DNA from: a virus
Lineage: Duplodnaviria > Caudoviricetes
Virus record (IMG/VR): IMGVR_UViG_2930438282_000003
Span: 1 to 64,000 of that record
Direction: 5' to 3' (one strand)
DNA length: 64,000 nt
Shown here one piece after another: positions 1 to 10,073 of this stretch. Position numbers and translations under genes: made by a program. Numbering within the stretch: the first letter of the stretch is position 1; the number at the start of each line of letters is the position of its first letter. The notes under the pieces were generated by a model that was given only the letters and a program-made list of their open reading frames with translations, was not told where the DNA came from and searched no databases.

Positions 1-537
1 TCACCGGAGCGCGAATGACGCCCGCTGCTGCCACCTTGTTCCATCGTGCACCATCAGATCGACCGACGACACGGGGGCAGTGACGGGAAGCCGGCCGCGA
101 AGGTCGGCCTCGGCCTCCTCCAGCACGGCATCGTCTTGCCCCTGGGCAATGGTCAGATGCGGGACGACCTCGTCGAACTGTCCGCCGAACGGCGGGGTCT
201 CCGGCCACCGGTCCGCGATCGCCTCGGTGAGCCGGCGGAACGGGAGGTCCGGTTCGGGGACGAGATACAAGATCCCCGGGAAACGCCCGCAGCGCTCGAA
301 CCGGGCCTCGAAGGGTCGGTGACGCCCGACCACTTCTGCAATGGCAGCGTAAGCACCGTCGTCGATGCGGCTCTCGTCGAGAAACGGGAAGAGGACGGTG
401 ACATGGGCCGGAACACCCGCACGGGCTGAGGGGTCCAGCCGGTCACGCCACGCTCGAACAGCAGGTTCTGCCTCGGGGACCCTCACGATGAGTCCCGACT
501 GCCCTGCCTGAAACTCACAGGAGTCGTCGCTTGCCAT
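1..537 (-). CDS. 2H phosphoesterase (2'-5' RNA ligase-like family) protein
   Basis: 178 aa with two HxT motifs (AHVTVLFPF and PHLTIA) spaced as in the 2H fold. Confidence 0.85.
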   Translation of the reverse strand: MASDDSCEFQAGQSGLIVRVPEAEPAVRAWRDRLDPSARAGVPAHVTVLFPFLDESRIDDGAYAAIAEVVGRHRPFEARFERCGRFPGILYLVPEPDLPFRRLTEAIADRWPETPPFGGQFDEVVPHLTIAQGQDDAVLEEAEADLRGRLPVTAPVSSVDLMVHDGTRWQQRASFALR

Positions 538-824
538 CGCACATATGTATCAGCGAGCCCAGAACGACAGCGACCCGATAACGATCGAGGACGGTTGAAC
601 CGGCGGTCGACACCCAACGCGATCGTCGCTCAGGTGGGGCCAATCGACTCGTTCACGATGAGCGCCCAAGATCGCTAATTGGGGCCAGTGAACTCGTTCC
701 CCTGGGGCCGATGGACTCGTTCGAAGCCAACCTCGGCAACGCCATGTGGGACATCGTCGCCGTCGAACGCGTCATCCCGGCCGCCTGACCACCCCTCACC
801 GCCCACCCGGAAGACGGAGACAGC

Positions 825-1265
825 ATGCGCACCACCCGCCGAGACATCGCGGCCGACCTCGCCCTGTTCGTCGACGACCTGGAGTTGGAGGAGGAGGGCG
901 GCTGCGGAGCCTGCGGGCTCGAAGCCGAGCAGATGTGCGTGGCATGCGGGCAGTGCAACTGCGACCAGCACGTCGACTGCGCCCGCCCCGCGGCCGACAG
1001 CACGCCGCCCGCCCGCGTGCGGCTCGTCGCCGGCATCACCTGGCACTGCACCCAGCCGGGCCGCAGGTGGCAGACCACCGAGCCCGCCGGGTACGAGCTG
1101 GAGCGCCGCACACGCAGCCGCCACGGGCCGGGAGACACCGGCTGGTACCTGTTCGGCGGCAACGAGGAAGCCGGACAGGTCACGGTGAGCGGAGAGTTCA
1201 TGTCCCGGGCGCTGATCTACGCGATGACGGACACGGCCAGCGTCATCGGCCACAGAGAGGGATAG
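825..1265 (+). CDS. Cys-rich hypothetical protein (putative Zn-binding)
   Basis: GGAGA SD before ATG; CGAC...CVACGQCNC cluster; high GC3 codon usage. Confidence 0.65.
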   Translation: MRTTRRDIAADLALFVDDLELEEEGGCGACGLEAEQMCVACGQCNCDQHVDCARPAADSTPPARVRLVAGITWHCTQPGRRWQTTEPAGYELERRTRSRHGPGDTGWYLFGGNEEAGQVTVSGEFMSRALIYAMTDTASVIGHREG

Positions 1266-1279
1266 CAGCCGCAGGTCGG

Positions 1280-1366
1280 TGACCAGCGGTTTTCTTAGAA
1301 GTTCCTTTGCCTCTTCAGATTGGCCAATTAGATTAGGTCAAGTCGCCAAGGCAAGGAATGAAGTAG
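1280..1366 (+). repeat. Conserved upstream hairpin element, copy A
   Basis: TGACC...TTCTTAGAAGTTCCTTTGCC...TTAGGTCAA...GGCAAGGAATGAAGTAG; matches four other intergenic copies. Confidence 0.85.
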
Positions 1367-1395
1367 CACCACTCGCCACCACCGAGGAGCCCGCC

Positions 1396-1761
1396 ATGCG
1401 CACCACCAAGGCCACCGCCACCGAGCACGCCCGGTGCACCAAGTGCGGTCGGCGGCTGCGCCTCCCCAGCCCGGACGGTTACGGCCCCAAGTGTCGGCAG
1501 AGGATCCGCCGCGCCACCCGCGCCCCCGAGCTTGCCCAGTACAAGCCGCACCTGGTGGAAGCGGCAGTCGAACTCCTCGAGCACGGGGGTCTCGTACCGC
1601 TCCGCAAGAGCAGCAAGAACCTCGTGTTCCTCGCCGTCAGCTCGGACGGTTCAACCGCTTACCGCACCGCCCGGGCCGCCTGCACGTGCCCGGCCGGCCT
1701 GAAAGCCATCCACGTCTGCAAGCACCGAATTGCCGCGCACGCCTGGGCGCTGGCGAGCTGA
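1396..1761 (+). CDS. DUF6011-like Zn-ribbon plus SWIM zinc-finger protein
   Basis: CTKCGRRL...GYGPKC N-terminal motif and CTCPAG...CKH SWIM motif; GAGGAG SD before ATG 1396. Confidence 0.75.
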   Translation: MRTTKATATEHARCTKCGRRLRLPSPDGYGPKCRQRIRRATRAPELAQYKPHLVEAAVELLEHGGLVPLRKSSKNLVFLAVSSDGSTAYRTARAACTCPAGLKAIHVCKHRIAAHAWALAS

Positions 1762-1772
1762 GAGAGGCCCCC

Positions 1773-2234
1773 ATGAACTCGCTCCACAGAATCGCGCCGG
1801 GCTGGCCCGCCCTGCCCGGCCCCGAGACGTTCATCCCCGACGACCGCCAACTGCCGTCCGAGCAGTGGCCGCCGCTCACCCTCACCTGGTGGGACATCCC
1901 CCCGACCGTGCTGGAAGCCGACCGACTCCGAGGCGACATCACTGACAGCCTCCTGCACGCCGAAGGCGCGCCCGCACCCCTGGCGATCGTCAGCCTGTCG
2001 CCCGTGCCCACCGCCCGCTACGGCCGGGGCTGGCTGTGGCGCTGCCAAGTCCACGTGGTGGGTGCCGACTGCGACTCGGCCGCCCAGCTCAACCACGACT
2101 GCACCAGGTTCAGCCGGTCCACCACCCGCGACGGCGCCCGCGACGCCGCACGCGCCCACATCGTCACCGACCACCCCGACGCAGCCGTGCCCTACCTCGG
2201 CCGCCGCCACCACGCCATCCGCACCTGGATCTGA
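1773..2234 (+). CDS. Hypothetical protein (153 aa)
   Basis: GAGAGG SD, ATG 1773, GC3-biased frame, follows previous gene. Confidence 0.65.
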   Translation: MNSLHRIAPGWPALPGPETFIPDDRQLPSEQWPPLTLTWWDIPPTVLEADRLRGDITDSLLHAEGAPAPLAIVSLSPVPTARYGRGWLWRCQVHVVGADCDSAAQLNHDCTRFSRSTTRDGARDAARAHIVTDHPDAAVPYLGRRHHAIRTWI

Positions 2235-2245
2235 GAGGAACCCCG

Positions 2246-3050
2246 ATGACCACTACCGAAACCGTTGCCCGCCGCCTCAGCCTGCTCTCCGACGTCGCCT
2301 CCGGGAGCGCCCGGCACCCGCAGCGTTCGCAGGTCGACCGGCTCAGCGAACTGCTGCTCATGGCGAGCGCCACCGCGACGTCCGCCCCGCTGGAGGACGG
2401 CCGCCGCCTCCCGGCCTTCACGCTCGACGTCCTGCAGGAAGCCCAGGACCTGATGGAGGCCGAGGACTTCGGCATGTCCGCCGCCGTCCTCGACTACGCG
2501 GTGGCGCCGGCCCTGGGCGGGCTGCCGGACATGAAGTCGCTGAACGCGGTCGGCGAGCAGCTCGCCCGCCAGGACTTCGACCTTCAGGCCCGCCGACGGG
2601 CGCTCATCGAGCACGGACACCTGGACGCGGGGAGCGATGCGGTCGTGACCGCTGCGCTCGGCGCGCTGGCTGTGCTGCACTACAAGCACGAGCGCCTGTC
2701 GGCCGTCGTGACCGCAGACAACGCCCGGCCGTCCAACCGCGGCAAGGCCCCGTACCACTCGCCGTCCTCCGGGGCGACGCCGAGAAGGCGGCGTCCTCCG
2801 CAGGGCCGAGGGACGGCGACAAGCTGATCGCGGCCCTTGCGGTCTTCGGCCTGCCGGGCTTCCTCGTGGAGGACAGCGGTATCTCGTACGTCCTCGTCGC
2901 CGTCGACCGCAGCGCCGACGAGGGGCAGGCGTACACCGGGCCCAAGGTCTGCCTGTACTCGGGGGAGAACGCCGACCTGCCCGTCGACGAGCACGAGGAG
3001 CCGTGGACGGCCGCCCTGTACGGCGGCGACAGCGATTACATCAATCAACC
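2246..3050 (+). pseudogene. Frameshifted and 3'-truncated hypothetical gene
   Basis: GC3-biased frame MTTTETVARR... shifts near 2758 (apparent 1-nt loss: YH-LAVLRGDAEK continues in another frame); coding bias is lost after ~3047 where the low-GC island starts. Confidence 0.6.
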
Positions 3051-3289
3051 CGCAGAGTCGGTGCCTGCTCCGTCGTGGTCAGACCCGGGGCGAAGGCCCG
3101 TTTTTCCGACGGCCTAAGGGCTTGCCGAAGAACAACATGCGGGCAGGTATCGCGCTAACCTGGGATGTCAAGTCCCTGAGCCCACAAGTTAATTCTCTGC
3201 GAGCCCTTAGTACTCCAGCCGTAGATCGTGATCTTGCTGGTCGGGGCTGGTGCGGAGATGGCTGCGGCCACCGTTGATCATCGTGAGTT

Positions 3290-4612
3290 GTGTGGACAAA
3301 CGAAGATCAGGCGGTGGCCGCCGGGCACAGCGTAGTGCCTGCCCGGTGGCGGGCGATGTTCGACCAGCTGATGGGCCGCGTGGCGGGCCGGGTCGCTCGG
3401 GTCGAACCCCGACGTCGCGCAACCGCGTTGGTGCTCGGACTACTCTCGGACCTGCCGAGGAAGAACTGCTGGACGCTGGCCGAGCACGCTGGCGATGCGA
3501 CCCCGGACGGCATGCAGCACCTGCTCCACCGCGCCAAATGGGACGCCGACGCAGTCCGTGATGACGTGCGCGCCTACGTCGTCGACCACCTCGCCGACGA
3601 CCAGGCGGTGCTCGTGGTCGACGAGACGGGCGACCTGAAGAAGGGCACGGCGACCGTCGGCGTCCAGCGCCAGTACACCGGCACGGCCGGCCGCATCGAG
3701 AACGCCCAGGTCGCCGTCTATCTCGTTTACTCCGCCACCCAGGGACACGCAGCCATCGACCGAGCCCTGTACGTGCCACGCTCTTGGACCGAGGACCCGG
3801 ACCGCTGCCGGAGCGCGGGCATCCCGGACGATCTGGCCTTCGCCACCAAGCCCCAACTCGCCGTCCGCATGGTCGAGCGGGCGCTCGACGCGGGAACCCC
3901 CGCACGCTGGGTCGCAGGCGACGAGGTCTACGGCGACAACCCGCACCTGCGAACCGCCCTTGAACACCGCCGGACCGGCTACGTCCTGGCCGTCTCCAGC
4001 ACCCACCCGATCATCACGCACGCTGGGAAGTTCCAGGCAAAGACCCTAACCGCGCGAATCCCGAAGCGGGCCTGGCAACGGCTGTCGGCCGGAACGGGCG
4101 CGAAGGGCGAGCGGTACTACGACTGGGCACAGGTCGACATCCACGACCCCGCCGGTCGGCCCGGCAACTGGTGCCTGCTGGTCCGCCGCAACCGCCGCAC
4201 CGGCGAATTCGCCTTCTACCGCTGCTTCTCACCCCGGCCAATGGCACTGTCCGAACTGGTGCGGGCGGCCGGACGGCGCTGGACGATCGAGGAGACATTC
4301 CAGGCTGGCAAGGGCCTGACCGGCCTGGACGAGCACCAGGTCCGCCGCTGGACCTCCTGGCACCGCTGGGTCACGCTCGCAATGCTTGCCCACGCCTTCC
4401 TTGCCGTCACCGCAGCCACCGAACGCCGCGACCGGCCCGCCCTCGACAACCTGATCCCCTTGACCAGCAACGAGATCCAGCACCTGTTCGCAGCCCTGAT
4501 CAGCCCGGTCCACGACCTCGCACACCGCCTGCGCTGGTCACACTGGCGACGCCGACACCAAGCCCGCGCCCGAGCCTGCCACTACCAACGGCAAGCAACC
4601 GTCCAGCCATAG
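3290..4612 (+). CDS. IS701-family DDE transposase
   Basis: RKNCWTLAE, VVDETGDLKKG, GVQRQYTGTAGRIENAQV, GDEVYG, RWTIEETFQAGKG motifs. Confidence 0.95.
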   Translation: MWTNEDQAVAAGHSVVPARWRAMFDQLMGRVAGRVARVEPRRRATALVLGLLSDLPRKNCWTLAEHAGDATPDGMQHLLHRAKWDADAVRDDVRAYVVDHLADDQAVLVVDETGDLKKGTATVGVQRQYTGTAGRIENAQVAVYLVYSATQGHAAIDRALYVPRSWTEDPDRCRSAGIPDDLAFATKPQLAVRMVERALDAGTPARWVAGDEVYGDNPHLRTALEHRRTGYVLAVSSTHPIITHAGKFQAKTLTARIPKRAWQRLSAGTGAKGERYYDWAQVDIHDPAGRPGNWCLLVRRNRRTGEFAFYRCFSPRPMALSELVRAAGRRWTIEETFQAGKGLTGLDEHQVRRWTSWHRWVTLAMLAHAFLAVTAATERRDRPALDNLIPLTSNEIQHLFAALISPVHDLAHRLRWSHWRRRHQARARACHYQRQATVQP

Positions 4613-4632
4613 AGGTTCGTGTCCCCTGACCG

Positions 4633-5226
4633 GTGGCGATATCGAGATGTCGCGAGGTCGGTGCCGGTGCATACTTCCTCACCGTGGAAATCATGACAGG
4701 CGAGCTGCGGCGCCTTCGATCTGGACCGAGCACCGAGGATGACGACGAGCCCCGGCCGTTTCTCGTGCGCCTCAGGTTCACTGCCGAGGACCCGGCCCAG
4801 GTCATCGACAACGCGCGTGCGGTACTGACATGCGTCGTCTCCCAGATGGGTGACTGGCCGACAGATGAGCTTTGGCCGCAACTGTTGCCGACCTGGTTCA
4901 TCCAGCAGTGCGCGCCCGAGACCCCGGAACCGGAGCATGACGAGCCCTTCGACGTCGAGGCGTGGCTGAGTCAATGGCGCGCTATGACGCCAGAGGAGAG
5001 AGCGGCCGCCGACCAGGGGCCGTGGACGCTCTCGGGATGGCTGTACTACTTCGACCCGACCGAGGAAGGAATGGGAGACGATCGCAGCTGGTGGTGGTGG
5101 CACGCAGGAACCGACGAGTCGGGCGGCTGGGTGCAGGTGGCCACCACTGGCTGGCCCTTCGGAAGCGGTTCACTGTCCTGGCTGATTGAGGCCAGTGGGG
5201 GTGCGGATCTCGTCTACGGGCCATAA
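4633..5226 (+). CDS. Trp-rich hypothetical protein (IS passenger); start may be 4684 or 4693
   Basis: Acidic, Trp-rich ORF (WTLSGWLYYF, DRSWWWW, GWPFGSGSL) inside the IS ends. Confidence 0.7.
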   Translation: MAISRCREVGAGAYFLTVEIMTGELRRLRSGPSTEDDDEPRPFLVRLRFTAEDPAQVIDNARAVLTCVVSQMGDWPTDELWPQLLPTWFIQQCAPETPEPEHDEPFDVEAWLSQWRAMTPEERAAADQGPWTLSGWLYYFDPTEEGMGDDRSWWWWHAGTDESGGWVQVATTGWPFGSGSLSWLIEASGGADLVYGP

Positions 5227-5318
5227 GCAGCGACTCGCCATGATCGCGAACTACGGCTGGAGTATTAGACGCGTCCCGAAGCCATCTCTATTCTTAATTC
5301 GAGACCTGACTCCATTTT

Positions 5319-8300
5319 TCAGAGCTTAGGCGGCAGCCATCCTGTTTGCACCAGCTGCCCGCCGCCACGCCTTGTACAGAAGTAGCCGCGACCGCGTGGC
5401 AGCTTCGACGGCTTAACGTTTCCTAGTAAAGCGCCCTCTGTGGGGCTGCCGGAGAGCACAAGACCCTGGACGCCGAGTTCGAACAGTCGCTGCATCACCG
5501 GCTCGTACATCGACCGGCTAGCACCTGCTGAGCTGCGCGCGATGATGATGCGGAGGCCCAGGTCACGGGCGAAAGGGAGATACTCCAAGAGTGGAGTAAG
5601 GGGGTTCGTTCTCGTCGCCACGAGATCGTAGTCGTCGATGATAAGGAACGCGTCCGGGGCGGTATACCAACTACGGTTACGTAGCTGTTCGGCTGTCACG
5701 TCCGGGCCCGGCATTCGGCGGTAAAGTGAATTGGCTAGCTGTGTCAGCGTCTCCGAAAGGGTGGGTGCCGACGTGCAGTAAGTGGACAGGTGCGACTCTG
5801 GCACGCTCCCCAGGTGGCTACGCCGGTAGTCACCCACGACGATCTTTGCTTGTTCCGGGGTGTAACGCTCTGTGATTTGCTTGATAAGCAGCCTCAGCAC
5901 CGCGGATTTTCCGGACTCGCTCTCGCCGAACACGAGGAAGTATGGATCCATTTCGAAGTCGACGAAGACTGGTGCGAGCGCCGATTCGTCGATACCAATA
6001 GCGACGCCTCGCTCCGGGTGCTCGAACCCTCTGGGCAGCTGCTCCGCAGCCAGCACGGTGGGCAGCAGGCGCACCGGCGGCGCGGGGTTGCCCTGCCAAT
6101 TTTCGTTGATGCTCCGAATCAGAGTCCCCGTCGCCTCCGCTAGGTCCTCTGTTTGCGACGAACCGTCGATCCGTGGCAGTGCCGTAATGAAGTGGAACTT
6201 GTCCGAGGTCAGACCGCGACCCGGGACATCGGCAGGAACATTTAGAGCCACCCTGCGGTCGACCTCCGAGTCGACCGGCTCATGGAGCCGCAGCTCGAGT
6301 CGATTTCGTAGGGTTTCCTTGAGGGCGAACGAAACGTCGAAATAGCGGTTGGCGGTTATAACCACGTGCACACCGAAGTGCAGTCCGCGCGTCGCGACCT
6401 CGGTGACCGACGACGTCAGCTCTTCGTAGTCTGTCTTGAAAGTCGCCCAGCCGTCGATAATGAGGAAGACGTCTCCCCAGGGCTGGTCGGGAAAATATCC
6501 CTCGGCCTTCAGGCGTCGGTACGTCTGAATCGAGTCGATATCGTTCGCGCGGAAGAATTCTTCTCGCGCATCCAAGATACCCGCAACCTCGCTGAGCGTT
6601 CGGCGCACCTTCTCTTCCTGAAGTCGACTAGCGACCCCGCCGACGTGCGCCAAGCCCTCCATCTCGATCAGGCTGCCACCACCAAAGTCGAGGCAGTAGA
6701 TTTGCACTTCTGCTGGTGTGTGGCTGAGTGCAAGCGACGAAATGAGTGCACGCAGCAGAGTTGACTTCCCGGACTGCGGAGCGCCGACGATCAAGCTGTG
6801 GCCCGCATGGCCCGAGAAATCCTGGTACAACACATCACGCCTCTGCTCGAATGGCCTGTCCACTAGGCCCAGAGGTACGACAAGCCGGCCGATATGTGGC
6901 GAGCCGGACCATGTCAGGCCACGGCCCTCGACGGCCGTCAGCGGCGGTCCAAATTCATCGAGCGTCGGTGCTTGGTCTAGCGGTGGTAGCCAGATCTGGT
7001 GAGCCCAAGGGCGCTGATTTTGGAGTTTGTTGATGATGACGTCCATGGGTGAGTCCCCGTCAGGGGTACCCTCATCCCTTTCGAGCCAACCGGAAGCATA
7101 AGCTGCTCGGAAGCCGATCATGTGGTCCATATCGAACCTCAAGTAGCCGGAGCCAGGCACTGCGGGCAGGCTGTAGGCGTCCGGCACACCTAGCACTGCT
7201 CGTGACTCCTCAGCTGAGAAGGTGCGCAGACCGATGCGGTACGACAGGTAAGTTTCTAGACCCCGCAGTCGCCCTTCCTCCAGACGCTGGGAGGCCAGTA
7301 GCAGGTGAATCCCTAGCGAGCGGCCGATGCGGCCGATCTGGATAAGCACTTCAATGAAGTCCGGCTTGGCAGTCAGCAGTTCGGCGAACTCGTCGATGAC
7401 CAGGACCAGCGTCGGCATCGGAGCGAGCGCCGCTCCGGCTGAGCGGGCACGCTCATACTCCTGGATGTTGGGGTAGTTGCCGGCGTCGCGTAGCAACTCC
7501 TGCCGCCGGTTGAGTTCGCCGCGGATCGAATCAGCCATGCGGTCGACTAGTGACGACTCGTTGGCAAGATTGGTGATGACCGCTGCCACATGCGGCAGGA
7601 GCGCCATCGCCGTAAAAGTGGCGCCTCCCTTAAAGTCCACGAGGATGAAGTTCAGTATTTCGGGCGAGTGTCTAACAGACAGTCCGAGGACCAAGGTACG
7701 AAGCAGTTCGGACTTGCCAGAGCCGGTGGCGCCGACGCAAAGGCCGTGTGGTCCCCATCCCCCCAGCGAGGCTTCTTTGATGTCCAGCATGACGGGGGCG
7801 CCGTTGGCATCGACACCCACGGGAGTGGTGAGGCTCTGAGCCGACCTGGGACTCCAGGCGGATGCGGGAGCGGTTTCCCATCCTTCGGGAAGTGACAACA
7901 AGTTCAGCAGACCGGGGTTAGATTCGTCGCCGTCTTGGACTGTGCTCAGCGGTTGGGCTCCGTCCCGCTGCCACGCTGCGGCCACTTTGTGCAGGAGTGC
8001 AGTGAGTTCCTCGCCCTCGTCACTGAAATGGGTGCTTAATGCCGATTCCGCTGGGATCCCAACTCGAGCGAGCGCGGGAGCAGCGACCCGCAAGTATCGC
8101 CGTCCCCTTGTCAATCCGAAGCCTGGCTGCCCCGGGGGGATACCGCTGGCCAGATCACGGTCGATTCGTGACTCTCGTGGGTCGGCGAGGGCGAGTTCGA
8201 CCCAGGTTCCGAGGTGCAGGAGGAGGTCCTCGGGCAGGTCCTTCCATCGGTCGGCGGAGACTGCGAGGTGGATGCCGTAGTAGACACCTTTCTGAGCGAC

Positions 8301-9665
8301 GCGGAGCAAGAGGCGGGACTCATCGGGATAGCGTGCTGCGAAGTCCGGCCAGGAGTCTATAAGGAGGAAGACTTCCCCGTTTGACTCTCCTTCCAGCAGT
8401 CCACGTTCGCGCCTCTGGCGAAAGAGTTTGGGAGACCTAATACGCAAGGCATCGCAGAGTCGCTCGCGTCGTTTGAGTGTGGTCATGATGCCGGCGATGA
8501 GCACGCGTACGTCGTCGCCACTGGCGTAGTCAGCCACCGCGCCCACATGCGGCAGGGTATCCAGGCGTTTCATGCCGTCCGGTTCGCCGTGCAGCCCGAA
8601 AATCTGCACTTCGTCCGGAGTATGGGTCAGCGCTAGGGAACAGGCGAGAGTGCACAGGACTGAGGTCTTGCCGCTCCACCGGCTGCCCACCACGCCAATG
8701 TGTGGCGCGCCGCCGGACAGATCGAGAGTTAAAGTCTCCTGTAGACCCTGTGCCGGGTCGTACATCCTCCCCAGGGGAACCGTGAGCTGACCGTTCGGCG
8801 GCCAGTCGGGAGCGCATAGACCCCGTTGGGAACTCGTCGTGAGTGCGGGCAGTAACTCGCCCAGGAGGAGGCTGTCACCGACAAAGGGGTCGGTCCCCGC
8901 GGCACCGCCCTGGTGCCACAACGCGGCCTTAGCTATGGGAATGTTGCCCTGCACACCCGAGCGGAACTCGGTGGGCGTTTGCGGGGCTCCGCTCTCTCGG
9001 ACGTGCCGCTGGATGTGCTCGAAAAGCTCGTGCGCCGTGACCACACCGTCGTTGTCCCCGTCTGCACGCCCCGTGCTCAAGCCATCCATGATTGCTTCGG
9101 TGAACACGGAGTGGAAGACTCCCGAACGGCTCTTCACTGTCTCGCCTTCGAAGGCAAACTCGAGGCGGTCCGAGGCGGTCATGACGTATGTACCCTTGCC
9201 GGCGACCTGGGCCGACAGGTCACCATCGTCCGGTGCGAAGGGTTCCATCCCTTGTACGTACGCCCCGCCGAAGCAGCAGTCGAGTAGAAGCACCTTGCCT
9301 TGGGCGCGGCAGCGGCTCATCTGCTCTTCAATGAATCGCGCGGAGACCGCAGTCGACTCGGGCAGGTCCCGCTTGGTTCGCAGTGTAGTAAAGAAGAGGC
9401 GTCCGTTCCTGTCTTTGATCCCGTGGCAAGACACGTAGATCAGCAGGGTGTCGGTTGACCCGAGACCCCGCAGTACGTGCTCGATGTGTTCCTCGATCTC
9501 CGCTTTCGAGTCATTGACCAGCGGGATGACTACGTCGAAGTAGCCGATCGCCTCGTCTGCTAGTAACGCGGCCAGGCGACGGGCATCGGATGCGGGTGAG
9601 CGCAGGCGACTCAGTCCGGAGTCGATGTAGTCCGTGGTGGCGATGAGCAGGGCAACGCGGCTCAA
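5319..9665 (-). CDS. Caspase-like (peptidase C14, EACC1-associated type) fused to four EccC-like FtsK/SpoIIIE ATPase domains
   Basis: His/Cys dyad YVSCHG and LLDCCFGG; Walker A motifs GSRWSGKT, GATGSGKS, GAPQSGKS, GESESGKS; EccCa-like DFKGGATF and EccCb-like DRPFEQRRD. Confidence 0.88.
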   Translation of the reverse strand: MSRVALLIATTDYIDSGLSRLRSPASDARRLAALLADEAIGYFDVVIPLVNDSKAEIEEHIEHVLRGLGSTDTLLIYVSCHGIKDRNGRLFFTTLRTKRDLPESTAVSARFIEEQMSRCRAQGKVLLLDCCFGGAYVQGMEPFAPDDGDLSAQVAGKGTYVMTASDRLEFAFEGETVKSRSGVFHSVFTEAIMDGLSTGRADGDNDGVVTAHELFEHIQRHVRESGAPQTPTEFRSGVQGNIPIAKAALWHQGGAAGTDPFVGDSLLLGELLPALTTSSQRGLCAPDWPPNGQLTVPLGRMYDPAQGLQETLTLDLSGGAPHIGVVGSRWSGKTSVLCTLACSLALTHTPDEVQIFGLHGEPDGMKRLDTLPHVGAVADYASGDDVRVLIAGIMTTLKRRERLCDALRIRSPKLFRQRRERGLLEGESNGEVFLLIDSWPDFAARYPDESRLLLRVAQKGVYYGIHLAVSADRWKDLPEDLLLHLGTWVELALADPRESRIDRDLASGIPPGQPGFGLTRGRRYLRVAAPALARVGIPAESALSTHFSDEGEELTALLHKVAAAWQRDGAQPLSTVQDGDESNPGLLNLLSLPEGWETAPASAWSPRSAQSLTTPVGVDANGAPVMLDIKEASLGGWGPHGLCVGATGSGKSELLRTLVLGLSVRHSPEILNFILVDFKGGATFTAMALLPHVAAVITNLANESSLVDRMADSIRGELNRRQELLRDAGNYPNIQEYERARSAGAALAPMPTLVLVIDEFAELLTAKPDFIEVLIQIGRIGRSLGIHLLLASQRLEEGRLRGLETYLSYRIGLRTFSAEESRAVLGVPDAYSLPAVPGSGYLRFDMDHMIGFRAAYASGWLERDEGTPDGDSPMDVIINKLQNQRPWAHQIWLPPLDQAPTLDEFGPPLTAVEGRGLTWSGSPHIGRLVVPLGLVDRPFEQRRDVLYQDFSGHAGHSLIVGAPQSGKSTLLRALISSLALSHTPAEVQIYCLDFGGGSLIEMEGLAHVGGVASRLQEEKVRRTLSEVAGILDAREEFFRANDIDSIQTYRRLKAEGYFPDQPWGDVFLIIDGWATFKTDYEELTSSVTEVATRGLHFGVHVVITANRYFDVSFALKETLRNRLELRLHEPVDSEVDRRVALNVPADVPGRGLTSDKFHFITALPRIDGSSQTEDLAEATGTLIRSINENWQGNPAPPVRLLPTVLAAEQLPRGFEHPERGVAIGIDESALAPVFVDFEMDPYFLVFGESESGKSAVLRLLIKQITERYTPEQAKIVVGDYRRSHLGSVPESHLSTYCTSAPTLSETLTQLANSLYRRMPGPDVTAEQLRNRSWYTAPDAFLIIDDYDLVATRTNPLTPLLEYLPFARDLGLRIIIARSSAGASRSMYEPVMQRLFELGVQGLVLSGSPTEGALLGNVKPSKLPRGRGYFCTRRGGGQLVQTGWLPPKL

Positions 9666-9680
9666 GGTCTCTCCTGGCGC

Positions 9681-10073
9681 CTACGACTGCCCGCTGCTGC
9701 CGGACCGCCGCTGAAGCCAGGTCTCGAGCAGAACTCTTTGGTCACGGCTTGAATTTCCCTCGATAACCAGCGAGTCTTCACCGTCGGTAAGTTCAACGCG
9801 TCGAGCTTGCGCCCGCTGCCGCCACTCGCTCACCAGGCTGACCATTGCGCTTAGCGCCGCCCGCGAGAACACCCCGGTGACGAGAAGGGTTCCGAGTGTC
9901 GTAGCCGTGCCGCTCTTGGCGCCTGACGGCGCTGCTTCCCCCTCCGGTCGCGTGACGGACTGCGCGGTGTCGAGCAGGAGCAGTTCTTCCTGTAGCTCCC
10001 GGGTCAGTGTGTCCGTCTCTTCGGCGTCACCGTCCTCCGCCTCGATCGAGACGACGATCTGCATGGGTTGCAT
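9681..10073 (-). CDS. Effector-associated constant component EACC1-like protein
   Basis: 130 aa, LTRELQEELLLLD...APSGAKSG...LGTLLV hydrophobic segment; directly upstream of the caspase gene. Confidence 0.75.
   Translation of the reverse strand: MQPMQIVVSIEAEDGDAEETDTLTRELQEELLLLDTAQSVTRPEGEAAPSGAKSGTATTLGTLLVTGVFSRAALSAMVSLVSEWRQRAQARRVELTDGEDSLVIEGNSSRDQRVLLETWLQRRSGSSGQS

Larger units (their letters stand above)
3211..5264 (+). mobile_element. IS701-family element carrying a passenger gene
   Basis: 26-bp terminal inverted repeats (3211-3236 and 5239-5264, 3 mismatches) flanked by TTAG direct repeats (3207-3210, 5265-5268). Confidence 0.88.

Noticed and set aside
1-537. 2H protein as an anti-CBASS (Acb1-like) factor
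   Set aside because: Resembles the common actinobacterial 2'-5' RNA ligase-like family; nothing in the sequence supports a specific anti-defence role
679-788. Short coding-like tail (…ANLGNAMWDIVAVERVIPAA*)
   Set aside because: Probably the 3' remnant of a replaced gene, but too short to support as a feature
2740-2775. Programmed frameshift in the 2246 gene
   Set aside because: No slippery sequence and the gene is also truncated downstream; mutation or sequencing error is more likely
5319-9665. Functional type VII secretion locus
   Set aside because: No eccB/eccD/mycosin/WXG100 genes nearby and the ATPase lacks TM anchors
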